Shown here: in pieces, positions 9,083 to 17,273 of the stretch
How the letters are laid out: each line of letters begins with the position of its first letter
Numbering within the stretch: the first letter of the stretch is position 1
Source of the DNA: a virus
Direction: 5' to 3' (one strand)
IMG/VR virus record: IMGVR_UViG_3300011432_000001
Location: 1 to 64,000 of that record
Length of the DNA stretch: 64,000 nucleotides
Position numbers and translations under genes: made by a program
The notes under the pieces: generated by a model
What the model was told of the DNA's origin: nothing
The model's input: only the letters and a program-made list of their open reading frames with translations
Database searches by the model: none

Positions 9083-9784
9083 TTGCAGAATTCATTGCTC
9101 AGAAAAAGAGTAAGAATGGCTGATTGGCGAAATAAAATAGAAGGATTATTTGCCAAATCCATGGCTAAGGGCACCACACCTGAAGAACGTGATGCCCTAC
9201 AAGATAAAGCCATATACCTTATGACCAAATACGGCGTAGAAGAAGCTACCTTGAGGAAGAAAGACGGTAGCATTGAGAAGCCTATCATTGTCAAGATGTC
9301 TATTGGCAATCCGTACGCAATGAGGAAAGCACAACTTCTTGGCTCAATTGCGCACTTTCTTGGTGGCAAGGCTGTAGGTAGTGGTTATGCAGGCTCAGTT
9401 GTAATCAATTTGTTAGGGTTCTCAGAAGACATAGAGAGAATCAAGATTCTATATTCAAGCTTGACCGCCCAGCTACACATGGACTTGTACTCCTTAAAGA
9501 TTCCACAATCTGAGAATGCAAAAGCATATAGGAACGCTTTCATGGTCGGCTTTGGTGTCACGGTTACAAATCGTTTGGAAAAAATATACAATTCGGTAAG
9601 CGCAATCCCTGGCACAGATATTGTCCTCAGGGATAGGAAAGACGTCATTGAAGATCTGTCCAAGGAAGCTTTTCCAAATTTGAAAAAAGCAAACGCCATC
9701 CAGCTCAGCTCACAACAGGGCTGGGATGCGGGCGTGACCAGCGGAAACAAGGCTGATCTTGGCCAGGATAGACTTGACAGCTAA
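9083..9784 (+). CDS. hypothetical protein (probable start at 9116, aaaagagtaagaATG)
   Basis: 233-aa ORF. Confidence 0.55.
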   Translation: MQNSLLRKRVRMADWRNKIEGLFAKSMAKGTTPEERDALQDKAIYLMTKYGVEEATLRKKDGSIEKPIIVKMSIGNPYAMRKAQLLGSIAHFLGGKAVGSGYAGSVVINLLGFSEDIERIKILYSSLTAQLHMDLYSLKIPQSENAKAYRNAFMVGFGVTVTNRLEKIYNSVSAIPGTDIVLRDRKDVIEDLSKEAFPNLKKANAIQLSSQQGWDAGVTSGNKADLGQDRLDS

Positions 9785-9875
9785 TCACTTGACACTGCTG
9801 TCATCGGGTGTGTAGGGTTGGCTTCGCACCCAGGTACCGGCCACGGGCTGGACTCCAGAAGGTGAGAAACGGACA

Positions 9876-10247
9876 ATGAACGATAGAGATAAAGTCGTTG
9901 ACGTAAGTGAGGAATTCCAAAGGCTACATAATGCTTGGATGATTCACATATACGAACATGAGAATGGCGCAAACGTGCATCTTCACGCGCCACCAGCGGT
10001 AGTGTTGGCAGCCTCTAAAATTTTCGAATCTTCGATGGTCGATGATGATGAGTCATTCGATGTTTCTGACTGGGACACACCGTGCATGACAACGCCAAGA
10101 GATATAATCGAGTACGGAACCAAGCTGTTCGAGTTTGGACAACGCACTGCAATGGCTGGGATTTTTGCAGCTAACATGACACCGTGCAGATGCACAGAAA
10201 TAACGGACGAAGACATAGCCAAACTGATGGGTGACAAACATGATTGA
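9876..10247 (+). CDS. hypothetical protein
   Basis: RBS aaggtgagaaacggacaATG. Confidence 0.5.
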   Translation: MNDRDKVVDVSEEFQRLHNAWMIHIYEHENGANVHLHAPPAVVLAASKIFESSMVDDDESFDVSDWDTPCMTTPRDIIEYGTKLFEFGQRTAMAGIFAANMTPCRCTEITDEDIAKLMGDKHD

Positions 10248-10413
10248 GGATGGCTGGGAGCAAGTTGGACCCATCGAGGTTCACACTACGGATGGAATCG
10301 TTAGCGTTCGTGCAGCAAGCGATAAACTTGGTGACGAACTCGTTCTAGATCGATCCGAATGGACAGAGCTAGTTCGTCTGGCCAAAGAGGGAAGCCTAGA
10401 TCATATCTAATAG
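10240..10413 (+). CDS. small ORF (57 aa, MIEDGWEQVGPIEVHTTDG..), translationally coupled (ATGA overlap)
   Basis: Read from sequence; below the ORF-track size cutoff. Confidence 0.3.
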
Positions 10414-10600
10414 GTAGGAATCCTGCTAGTGCTAATGCCTCCATCCCCCCGGATCCTAAGCACAAGTGGTCACCACAGGGCAGGTATGTCTGTAGGGGTT
10501 AGGCAGACAATAAATGTCGTCCCATGCTAGTCTTGGGAGTAGCATGGTACGATGGGATAACCAGTACGGTATCGATGTAGAGGTATTGGTTATCCACAAC

Positions 10601-10671
10601 GCGGGGTAGCTTAACAGCAGAGCACTAGGCTCATAACCTGGAAGATGTGGGTGCAAATCCCATTCCCGCCA
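10601..10671 (+). tRNA. tRNA-Met (CAT) or tRNA-Ile (lysidine)
   Basis: Good D-arm (GCTT/AACAGCA/GAGC), perfect anticodon arm CTAGG-CTCATAA-CCTGG, T-arm GTGGG-TGCAAAT-CCCAT; the acceptor stem has one register irregularity. Confidence 0.5.
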
Positions 10672-10699
10672 CGAAAGAAATGCCGTGTCACTGCGGACT

Positions 10700-12150
10700 G
10701 GTCAACGTTCTAGACTGAATAAGAATCGGTTATCTTATTGGAAGAGAACTTTTCCGATTCTAAATCACACGTTTGGAACCCAAAACGTGATGGCGTATGG
10801 TATCTAGGGAGATCCTAGAACGAAACTCGCGTAAGAGGGTGCATGAAACAAAGCCATCACATCTAAAGCTTGCTGCTGAGCCCGCCGCGAGAAAAGTGTT
10901 AAACTGAATGAGTTCGTTTATCTTGATGGTTCAACTCCACCTATCTCCTTGGGAGATATCGCCTAATTGGTTAGGGCGTAGACGAACACAACAAACATGT
11001 TTGACACTCACAGGAGGTGAAGAAATGGGCGAGGGCTGGATTGTTGTCTGGTAAATAGACGTAGTACTGGACTGATAGTAATTGGTTATCTGGAACAAAG
11101 GGTCGCAGGTTCGAGTCCTGCTCAGCTGAATTCCGGCTGGTAGCTTAGTTGGCAGAGCATTTGTATGCCGAAAGGCTCTCCGATTACATCCCATGTTCGG
11201 TACTTTAATTTGGGTGAGACGGTCTCTTTCAAGTGTGACTATATGGTTTCGAATAGCTCCGTGGTGCGTGCCAACTATCCGAAATGAGTGAGTAGAAACT
11301 GATGTCATACTTGCCGTCTCACCCATGCTAAGCAAGATTGTGGACTGAATAGTATTGGTTATCGGCATTGTATATTCCAATACTGACTCACATGTTCGCA
11401 AGCAAAAGCCTGTCGGGGGTCGATAGGGAAAGTGAAAAAGTATCAGACTGAATGTTGATTGGTTATCAACTGCAAATTGAAAGCCGAGGTAAGTCGGCTA
11501 AGTTCCGATCGACTATCACATGTTTGATACCAAGTGGCTATGGTGCAATGGCAGCACAACAGACTTCCACTCTGTTAATCTGGGTTCGAGTCCCAGTGGC
11601 CGCTCTTTGGGTGGTTGTCTCAATAAGTCCCGGCGTCTAGTAGTGTGGTTTAGCTGGGTTGCGAGACAATCAATTCAGGCTAGCGAAAGCTACCGTACTA
11701 CACTACAACGGAAAGCGGCTGGACCTGTAAGGTGAGTGGAATACTAGTTAGAAACTCACCTCCCATTAAATTTAATATTGTGGACTGATGTGAATTGGTG
11801 ATCGACCGTCAACGTCATATTGTCTAGAGGTAAGTGCCTTATTCCTACTAGCAGATCCGATTTACACTCACATGTTCGCAATAACAAAGTGTCGGGCGAG
11901 GAACGGTCAGGTAACCGTCACCTGACTCGCCTGGCTCCAACTTAACAATTGTAGACTGAATTGAAATCGGTTATCTTGCCAGAAAGCTGCGGAACTAAGA
12001 GCCCGCAACCATTCCCTATAAAGGAGTGTCCCGATTTCTTCAACATGTTTGCAATCTAAAATATCACCCTTTTGGGATGGGTTGTTGGACTGATATTCAT
12101 TGGTTATCATTCCCTCTTGACGAATAAAATATCCGATGAAGTTTCCATGT
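10700..12150 (+). repeat. array of 8 dispersed copies of a conserved structured element: RGACTGAW-N8-YGGTTATC (A), then a covarying 8-9 bp hairpin, then CACATGTTYGMAA (B)
   Basis: A-boxes at 10711, 10901, 11069, 11341, 11444, 11781, 11952 and 12085. The 3' stem arms covary: AGAATCGG/CCGATTCT, AGTATTGG/CCAATACT, GAAATCGG/CCGATTTC, GTGAATTGG/CCGATTTAC, GTTGATTGG/CCGATCGAC, TTCATTGG/CCGATGAA. There are no credible ORFs across the island. Confidence 0.6.
11534..11604 (+). tRNA. tRNA-Gly (TCC)
   Basis: Full cloverleaf: acceptor GTGGCTA/TGGCCGC (2 GU pairs), D GTGC-AATGGCA-GCAC, anticodon arm ACAGA-CTTCCAC-TCTGT, T arm CTGGG-TTCGAGT-CCCAG. Confidence 0.7.
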
Positions 12151-12171
12151 TCGACACACTAAAAGGGGTCA

Positions 12172-12375
12172 ATGATGCAAGAAGTAACAATTCTTTACGG
12201 CGTTGACGGTGTTGTGAAGAAGAAAAAGATTAAAGCTACAAAGATTACTGCTCAAATGGACGTTGACGGCACAAATGTGAACGCATCCGCAGATGGAACA
12301 GATGAAGATGGACCAATAATCTGGGTCCTCTTCAAAGATGCATATATTCTAGAACTACGTCCTGTAAAGGATTAA
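12172..12375 (+). CDS. hypothetical protein (Lys-rich)
   Basis: RBS aaaaggggtcaatgATG immediately downstream of repeat unit 8. Confidence 0.5.
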   Translation: MMQEVTILYGVDGVVKKKKIKATKITAQMDVDGTNVNASADGTDEDGPIIWVLFKDAYILELRPVKD

Positions 12376-12609
12376 GCTCCAGCCTGCGTAACCTCACAAA
12401 TTGTAAGGTGACTCTTCGACAGTCTAACTTGCATACGTGATTGGTGGCTACAGCCCGTGAGGTAGTTACGGCAATATCGGGTGCTCAACTCCAAGGGTGC
12501 GACAGCCTAAGGATATGGTGGAAGTTGTGGAGGATTCCTCTGTCGCGCTAAATACGGTACAATAAAAGCTTACGGCAGCAGAGTTTGATCGCCATTAGAG
12601 AGGCATATC

Positions 12610-13740
12610 ATGAGACTCGACCGTAGGCATTGGACAGCCCTCGTAGCAGGATTGGCCACAATCGTAATTGGCTTTTCAACAAGTACAACGTCGGTAGGTA
12701 ATTCTGTCGAGACGATAGACGACCAAGCCGTGATGTATAGGGCTTGCACTAGTCGTCTCGGCGAAACACAAAAGCCAATGACCCCAGAGGTTTTGGCATT
12801 TTTGCGTAATTGTGAAGAGGCTTTTGCGCCAAGTTCACCACCAAGTGAAAGTCCATCTGCATCTCCCACAAGTAGTCCTCCCACAAGTAGTCCTTCTGCA
12901 AGCCCTTCTGTAAGTCCTTCTGTAAGTCCTAGTGTGTCACCAACACCAAGCCCAACCCTGCCAACAGCGGAGTGCCCTCCGCTACCAGCATTTCCTGATG
13001 AGAATTGTACAGGTTACAGGCATACTGGCGTAACATTGACATCGTGTCCAAGGCAATTGAATGTTGCAAACGCTACATATGACTCCTGTCGTTTCGATGG
13101 TAGTATTACCATTGCTGCGGATAACATCAAAATCACACGTTCGCTAGTGAACGGCGGAGTTGTCAACAGCGTAAACGGAAACAACCAAATGCGTGGATTG
13201 CAGTTGACTGATGTGGAAATTCTCGGCGCAACAGGGACAGATCAGCTAGCTGCGATTGGAACTGAAAATTATACTTGTATTAGGTGTCACATTCACAAAA
13301 CGTATAGAGGTTTTGCACTCGGGAATAACGTTAGGATAATAGATTCATATTCACATGATTTCAGACGTCAACCCGAAGCACACCAGACAGCAGCTAGTAC
13401 TCACGGTGGATCCAATGTTTTCATTGATCACTCAAGACTACGTTGTGAGAGTGACAAATACGCCTGTTCAAACGGCATATCTTTCTACGCAGCAAACTCT
13501 AATATCAACAATGTGACAATTCAGAACAGTCACATTTCGACCGACGCCGGATATGGAATCGGATTCTTTTATCTGAACCCTGGTAATGGAAAACCTTACA
13601 ACGTATTCAACACTAAGATTCTGAACAACGTGTTCGGCTCTTGGGAATATGGTATGCGCGCCAATTGGATGGGTACTCGGGACGGTAACGTTTGGTCTGG
13701 TAATACACAAGAACCATTCGATCCTGTTTGTAGATGTTAA
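12610..13740 (+). CDS. secreted protein with a Ser/Pro/Thr-rich linker and a C-terminal right-handed beta-helix-like (pectate-lyase-like) domain
   Basis: Signal peptide MRLDRRHWTALVAGLATIVIG; linker SPSASPTSSPPTSSPSASPSVSPSVSPSVSPTPSPT; repeated NVxIxNSHI / NVRIIDSYSHDF beta-helix-like turns. Confidence 0.55.
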   Translation: MRLDRRHWTALVAGLATIVIGFSTSTTSVGNSVETIDDQAVMYRACTSRLGETQKPMTPEVLAFLRNCEEAFAPSSPPSESPSASPTSSPPTSSPSASPSVSPSVSPSVSPTPSPTLPTAECPPLPAFPDENCTGYRHTGVTLTSCPRQLNVANATYDSCRFDGSITIAADNIKITRSLVNGGVVNSVNGNNQMRGLQLTDVEILGATGTDQLAAIGTENYTCIRCHIHKTYRGFALGNNVRIIDSYSHDFRRQPEAHQTAASTHGGSNVFIDHSRLRCESDKYACSNGISFYAANSNINNVTIQNSHISTDAGYGIGFFYLNPGNGKPYNVFNTKILNNVFGSWEYGMRANWMGTRDGNVWSGNTQEPFDPVCRC

Positions 13741-13809
13741 TTTCCCCTCTCATCATATGAGTAGCCTGGGGATTGTAAGGCTGACAGGAACGCCTATTCC
13801 TGTCAGCAT

Positions 13810-13884
13810 CTAGGTATAGCTCAGCTTGGTTAGAGCACTGCGTTTGGGACGCAGAAGCCGCAAGTTCGAATCTTGCTACCTAGA
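13810..13884 (+). tRNA. tRNA-Pro (TGG)
   Basis: Perfect cloverleaf: acceptor CTAGGTA/TACCTAG (C1-G72 as in bacterial tRNA-Pro), D GCTC-AGCTTGGTTA-GAGC, anticodon arm CTGCG-TTTGGGA-CGCAG, T arm GCAAG-TTCGAAT-CTTGC. Confidence 0.8.
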
Positions 13885-13988
13885 CGATACACAAAGACTC
13901 CCCTTTGAGCGGGCGGAGAATGGGGCAACACTTGACGCCAATTGAGTGTTGTCCCAACCATGTTTCCTACGGAGACTAAAGGAGCAAA

Positions 13989-15623
13989 ATGTCAGACTAT
14001 CTTACTCGTCATGTAACTCGTGACATTCCTCAGACTGAGAAGGAAAACCCGTTGCAGATAGCAAACTCTGCTGGTGGTTTCTCTTTCGAAGTTGATAAGT
14101 GGAAGCGACTTGAGCGATTCCTTATTCTTGGTTCCGAAGGTGGTACTTACTACATCGGTGAAAAGGACCTGACTAAGGAAAATCTCGACAACCTACGCAA
14201 CCTTACGCAGGAAGATGGCAAAGAGGTTGTAGCCCTGGCTGCGAACGTCTCAACTTTCGGTCGTTCTTACAAGAACAATGCTGCTATCTTCGTTTTGGCT
14301 TTTGTCATGACACATGGTAGCGATGAAGTTAAGTCGTTTGCTCGTGGCATGGTGGATCAGATTGTGCGTACTTCTACACATCTGTTCACGTTCGAGAAGT
14401 TCTTGAAGGCACTAGCTCCTGGTACGGGTTTGGGAACCTCCCGAAACCGCGCCATCGCTGCGTGGTATGAGGGGAAGACGACTGAGCAGCTTGCTTACCA
14501 GGCTGTGAAATACCGGCAGCGCGAGGGATGGACGCATCGCGATTCAATGCGTCAGTCGCGTCCAAAGGGTATTGACCCTGCCCTAGGTAATTGGATTCTA
14601 GGTAAAAACGATGGGCAGGCTTTTGATGTTCCACAGATCGTTCAAGCATTCGAGATCGCTCAAAAGGTAGGTAACGTCAAGGAACTTTTGAACACACTTG
14701 AGGTTTACACAAACCTTCCTTGGGAAGCCCTTCCAACTCAATTTCTCAAGAACGCCGAGGTATGGAAGAAGCTTTTCTACAATGGGCAGCTCAATGGTCA
14801 GGCGTTGGTGCGAAACATCACTCGCTTGGCTCGGCTTGGAGCGTTCGAAGATCTTGTGTTCGCACACGACTACGCTGCCAAGCTCACCGACACTGAGATG
14901 ATCCTCAAAACCAAGCTGCATCCTATCAACTACTTGAATGCTGTTACGGTTCACGTAGAAGGACAGGTTCAACGGCGTGGTGACGGTGGAGGGTATGGTT
15001 ATTATGGTCACGGTGGACGCAATAGGGATTGGACTACTTCTTCAATCATCGTTGATGCATTGAATGCTGGATTCCATTTGGCTTTTGTCAACGCTGTGCC
15101 ATCCAACAAGCGCACCTTGCTAGCCTTGGACGTCAGTGGTTCAATGAGTTCGGCAATGGCACTTGGTCTGGACCTAACGGCTGCTCAAGTAACAGGCGCG
15201 ATGGCCACTACCATTGCCAAGGTCGAGCCGTACCATCGGATTATGGGATTCGCAAGCGAGTTTCGTGATTTGGGTATTTCAGCGAACATGTCCTTGTCAG
15301 AGGTAACCAAGCGAGTTCAAGATATGAACTTTGGAACTACGGATTGTGCTTTGCCAATGACTTGGGCAATGCAAAACAAGTACGAGTACGACACGTTCAT
15401 TGTCATGACTGACAATGAAACTTATCGAGGTTCTGTGCACCCGCACATGGCTTTGCAGAAGTACCGTCAAGCAACGGGGATCAATGCGAAGTTGATTGTC
15501 GTTGGCGTAGCAGCTAACGATTTCACTATTGCAGATCCCAATGACGTTGGCATGTTGGATGTGGTCGGTGCGGACAGTAACTTGCCAAAGCTGATAACGG
15601 AATTCAGTAAGGGAAATCTTTAA
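13989..15623 (+). CDS. rsr: Ro60 orthologue (Rsr): TROVE domain plus C-terminal von Willebrand A domain
   Basis: 544 aa; N-terminal TROVE-like region; C-terminal vWA with MIDAS LALDVSGSMSS; RBS aaaggagcaaaATG. Confidence 0.75.
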   Translation: MSDYLTRHVTRDIPQTEKENPLQIANSAGGFSFEVDKWKRLERFLILGSEGGTYYIGEKDLTKENLDNLRNLTQEDGKEVVALAANVSTFGRSYKNNAAIFVLAFVMTHGSDEVKSFARGMVDQIVRTSTHLFTFEKFLKALAPGTGLGTSRNRAIAAWYEGKTTEQLAYQAVKYRQREGWTHRDSMRQSRPKGIDPALGNWILGKNDGQAFDVPQIVQAFEIAQKVGNVKELLNTLEVYTNLPWEALPTQFLKNAEVWKKLFYNGQLNGQALVRNITRLARLGAFEDLVFAHDYAAKLTDTEMILKTKLHPINYLNAVTVHVEGQVQRRGDGGGYGYYGHGGRNRDWTTSSIIVDALNAGFHLAFVNAVPSNKRTLLALDVSGSMSSAMALGLDLTAAQVTGAMATTIAKVEPYHRIMGFASEFRDLGISANMSLSEVTKRVQDMNFGTTDCALPMTWAMQNKYEYDTFIVMTDNETYRGSVHPHMALQKYRQATGINAKLIVVGVAANDFTIADPNDVGMLDVVGADSNLPKLITEFSKGNL

Positions 15624-15629
15624 TATGTC

Positions 15630-15902
15630 GTGAGCCTCGCTCCTAACGAGGTCCAGTTCATCGTTTGGCAGTTGTCGATGACGACAAAACAACTGCCACT
15701 TAAGGTGGTGAAAATGGACAGGTTGGCAATGATTATAGGATTTCTAATTGGCGATGTAATAGTTCAGCTATTAGGTATTGTCTTACTACTACGTGGTGCC
15801 ACTGCCGATGAGCGTGCAGATATATTGGATGCCATTGACGGATTGCCGTTCATTTCCTGGCCTTGGACTGTAAAACTCGTAAGACATTGGAATGAAGAAT
15901 AG
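15630..15902 (+). CDS. small membrane protein (likely start at 15715, aaggtggtgaaaATG)
   Basis: TM segment MIIGFLIGDVIVQLLGIVLLL; hairpins CCTCG/CGAGG and GGCAGTTGT/ACAACTGCC lie between the rsr stop and this start. Confidence 0.4.
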   Translation: MSLAPNEVQFIVWQLSMTTKQLPLKVVKMDRLAMIIGFLIGDVIVQLLGIVLLLRGATADERADILDAIDGLPFISWPWTVKLVRHWNEE

Positions 15903-16367
15903 ACTTGGGGAATGTCAGTAGAGTGTTGCTTCGGCCTACACTTCGGCTGCCACAAGGCTCAAGACCTTGGTTCCCACTAGTCGCGTTTTGTTGAAGTCTT
16001 ATCGCGACGAACGAAATGAAGAATAGAGACGTAAGAGAATTACGGACGGCATGGAGTCGTCAGGGATGGCATGTCAGGAACTTGATTTCCTTGAACACTT
16101 CATTTCTAAATAGCTCCTGGCATCTTGAGAAGGGTCGCCTGGGAAGTGGGAGTTCTGGTTTACTTTGGTCAGCTAGCCGAAACTCCCACACTTGCGCATG
16201 TTGGTTCGTAGGTGAAATTCCTACCACTGTCACTAGTGTCATAGGCTGCCAGCAAACTTGCTAGATCTTCGACGTCGAAGCATAGAATCTGGCTAAGCTA
16301 GCAGACAGAGATGGGTTCGATTCCCGTCTTGCGCACGTATGGATTGATAATAAAATAAGAGGGAATT

Positions 16368-16751
16368 ATGACTAAAGCAATAGCAACGTTATCTGTGTTT
16401 GCTGCCTTCTTTGTGTTGGTGGCGTGTGGTACTAAAACTAATTCTGATGCACAACCTACGCAATCTGATTTTCCTATAGTAATTGCTGTTCAACCAACAC
16501 ACGATCCAAAGCGTCTTAGCGATGGTGTATGGAAAGTTGGCTTGGAGATTGAACCTGGAACATATACGACAATTGTTCCTAATAACACTCCTGGTTGCTA
16601 TTGGGGAAGACTAAAGAATTTTCTGAATGAAAAGAGTAGCGTCATTGCTCAAGGATTGCTCATTCAAGGTGCCAGGGGTAGAGTCACCATAAAGGCATCA
16701 GATGTAGGAGTAGAATTCACCGGCGAATGCGTATGGGAGAAAGAAAGTTAG
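16368..16751 (+). CDS. lipoprotein (signal peptide with lipobox LVAC)
   Basis: MTKAIATLSVFAAFFVLVAC-GTK; RBS aagagggaattATG. Confidence 0.55.
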   Translation: MTKAIATLSVFAAFFVLVACGTKTNSDAQPTQSDFPIVIAVQPTHDPKRLSDGVWKVGLEIEPGTYTTIVPNNTPGCYWGRLKNFLNEKSSVIAQGLLIQGARGRVTIKASDVGVEFTGECVWEKES

Positions 16752-16796
16752 TCTTCGAACGGTGAGTGCCGTTCGAGTAATAAGAAGGAGTACACA

Positions 16797-16910
16797 ATGC
16801 AGGACAATTCTCCAGTTGAGAACGAGGAAGTTCCAACTGAGACTGTGGTTCCGAGCGAAATGCCGGAGTCTCAGGTTGTGGACGACGATACGGCTCCAAC
16901 CGAGGAGTAA
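16797..16910 (+). CDS. small highly acidic ORF (37 aa)
   Basis: Very strong RBS aagaaggagtacacaATG; below the track cutoff. Confidence 0.35.
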   Translation: MQDNSPVENEEVPTETVVPSEMPESQVVDDDTAPTEE

Positions 16911-16939
16911 TTAGCTTCGGTCATATAGTGGACCGATAA

Positions 16940-17204
16940 GTGAAACAGAGAGTAGAATGCAGAGAGCAGAGAGATTCTGCAACGTGGACTGGGTGCATGA
17001 GCGGCCACTGATCACTCTGTTTCACGAAAATAACCACGGGATCATCGGGTCTGTGAATGATAGATAAGTGCGAAGTACAAGCAGGATAATCTAAGCGGTT
17101 CCCGACCGGTATGCGCGAGGTTCGAATCCTCAGGTCCCGACGAATAGGCAACGAGTTTCCAGTCTGCATGCTGTACTCGTGGGGCTGCCTATTTTAGGAA
17201 GGCA
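16940..17204 (+). ncRNA. candidate small structured RNA (tRNA-like T-arm module, possibly Y-RNA/YrlA-like) ending in a terminator
   Basis: 11-bp stem GTGAAACAGAGAG / CTCTGTTTCAC (16940-17024); canonical T-arm GAGG-TTCGAAT-CCTC plus AGGTCCC (17125-17147); hairpin AATAGGCAACGAG..CTCGTGGGGCTGCCTATTTT (17150-17204); no ORF. Confidence 0.3.
17150..17204 (+). terminator. Rho-independent terminator
   Basis: 13-bp interrupted stem followed by TATTTT. Confidence 0.5.
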
Positions 17205-17273
17205 TGGCAAGGAAGCCATATCCGGCTCGCATACGCCCGAGTCATGCCTTCCTCAAACTAAGGAGAAAAACGG

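Noticed and set aside
10931-11401. 156-aa minus-strand ORF
   Set aside because: It runs antisense through T-arm-like and repeat elements in an RNA-dense island and has no RBS. It is most likely spurious.
11380-12110. B-box (…ATGTTTGACA…) as a sigma70 -35 element
   Set aside because: No -10 hexamer sits at appropriate spacing, and B sits only 3-15 nt upstream of the tRNA-Gly 5' end and of start codons. A processing or RNA-level role fits better than a promoter.
10700-12150. Possible CRISPR array, because of the repeated 22-24 nt motif
   Set aside because: The repeats are not identical, the spacing is irregular (102-338 nt), the units contain covarying hairpins and tRNAs rather than uniform spacers, and there are no cas genes.
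12570-12884. Minus-strand ORF overlapping the 5' end of the secreted-protein gene
   Set aside because: The plus-strand ORF has an RBS, a signal peptide and a coherent domain architecture. The minus-strand ORF is an antisense artefact of the PT-repeat DNA.
16016-16264. 82-aa plus-strand ORF downstream of rsr
   Set aside because: It has no Shine-Dalgarno site and a Trp/Ser/Cys-rich odd composition, and it overlaps strong local hairpins and the tRNA-like element. It more likely belongs to a structured RNA.
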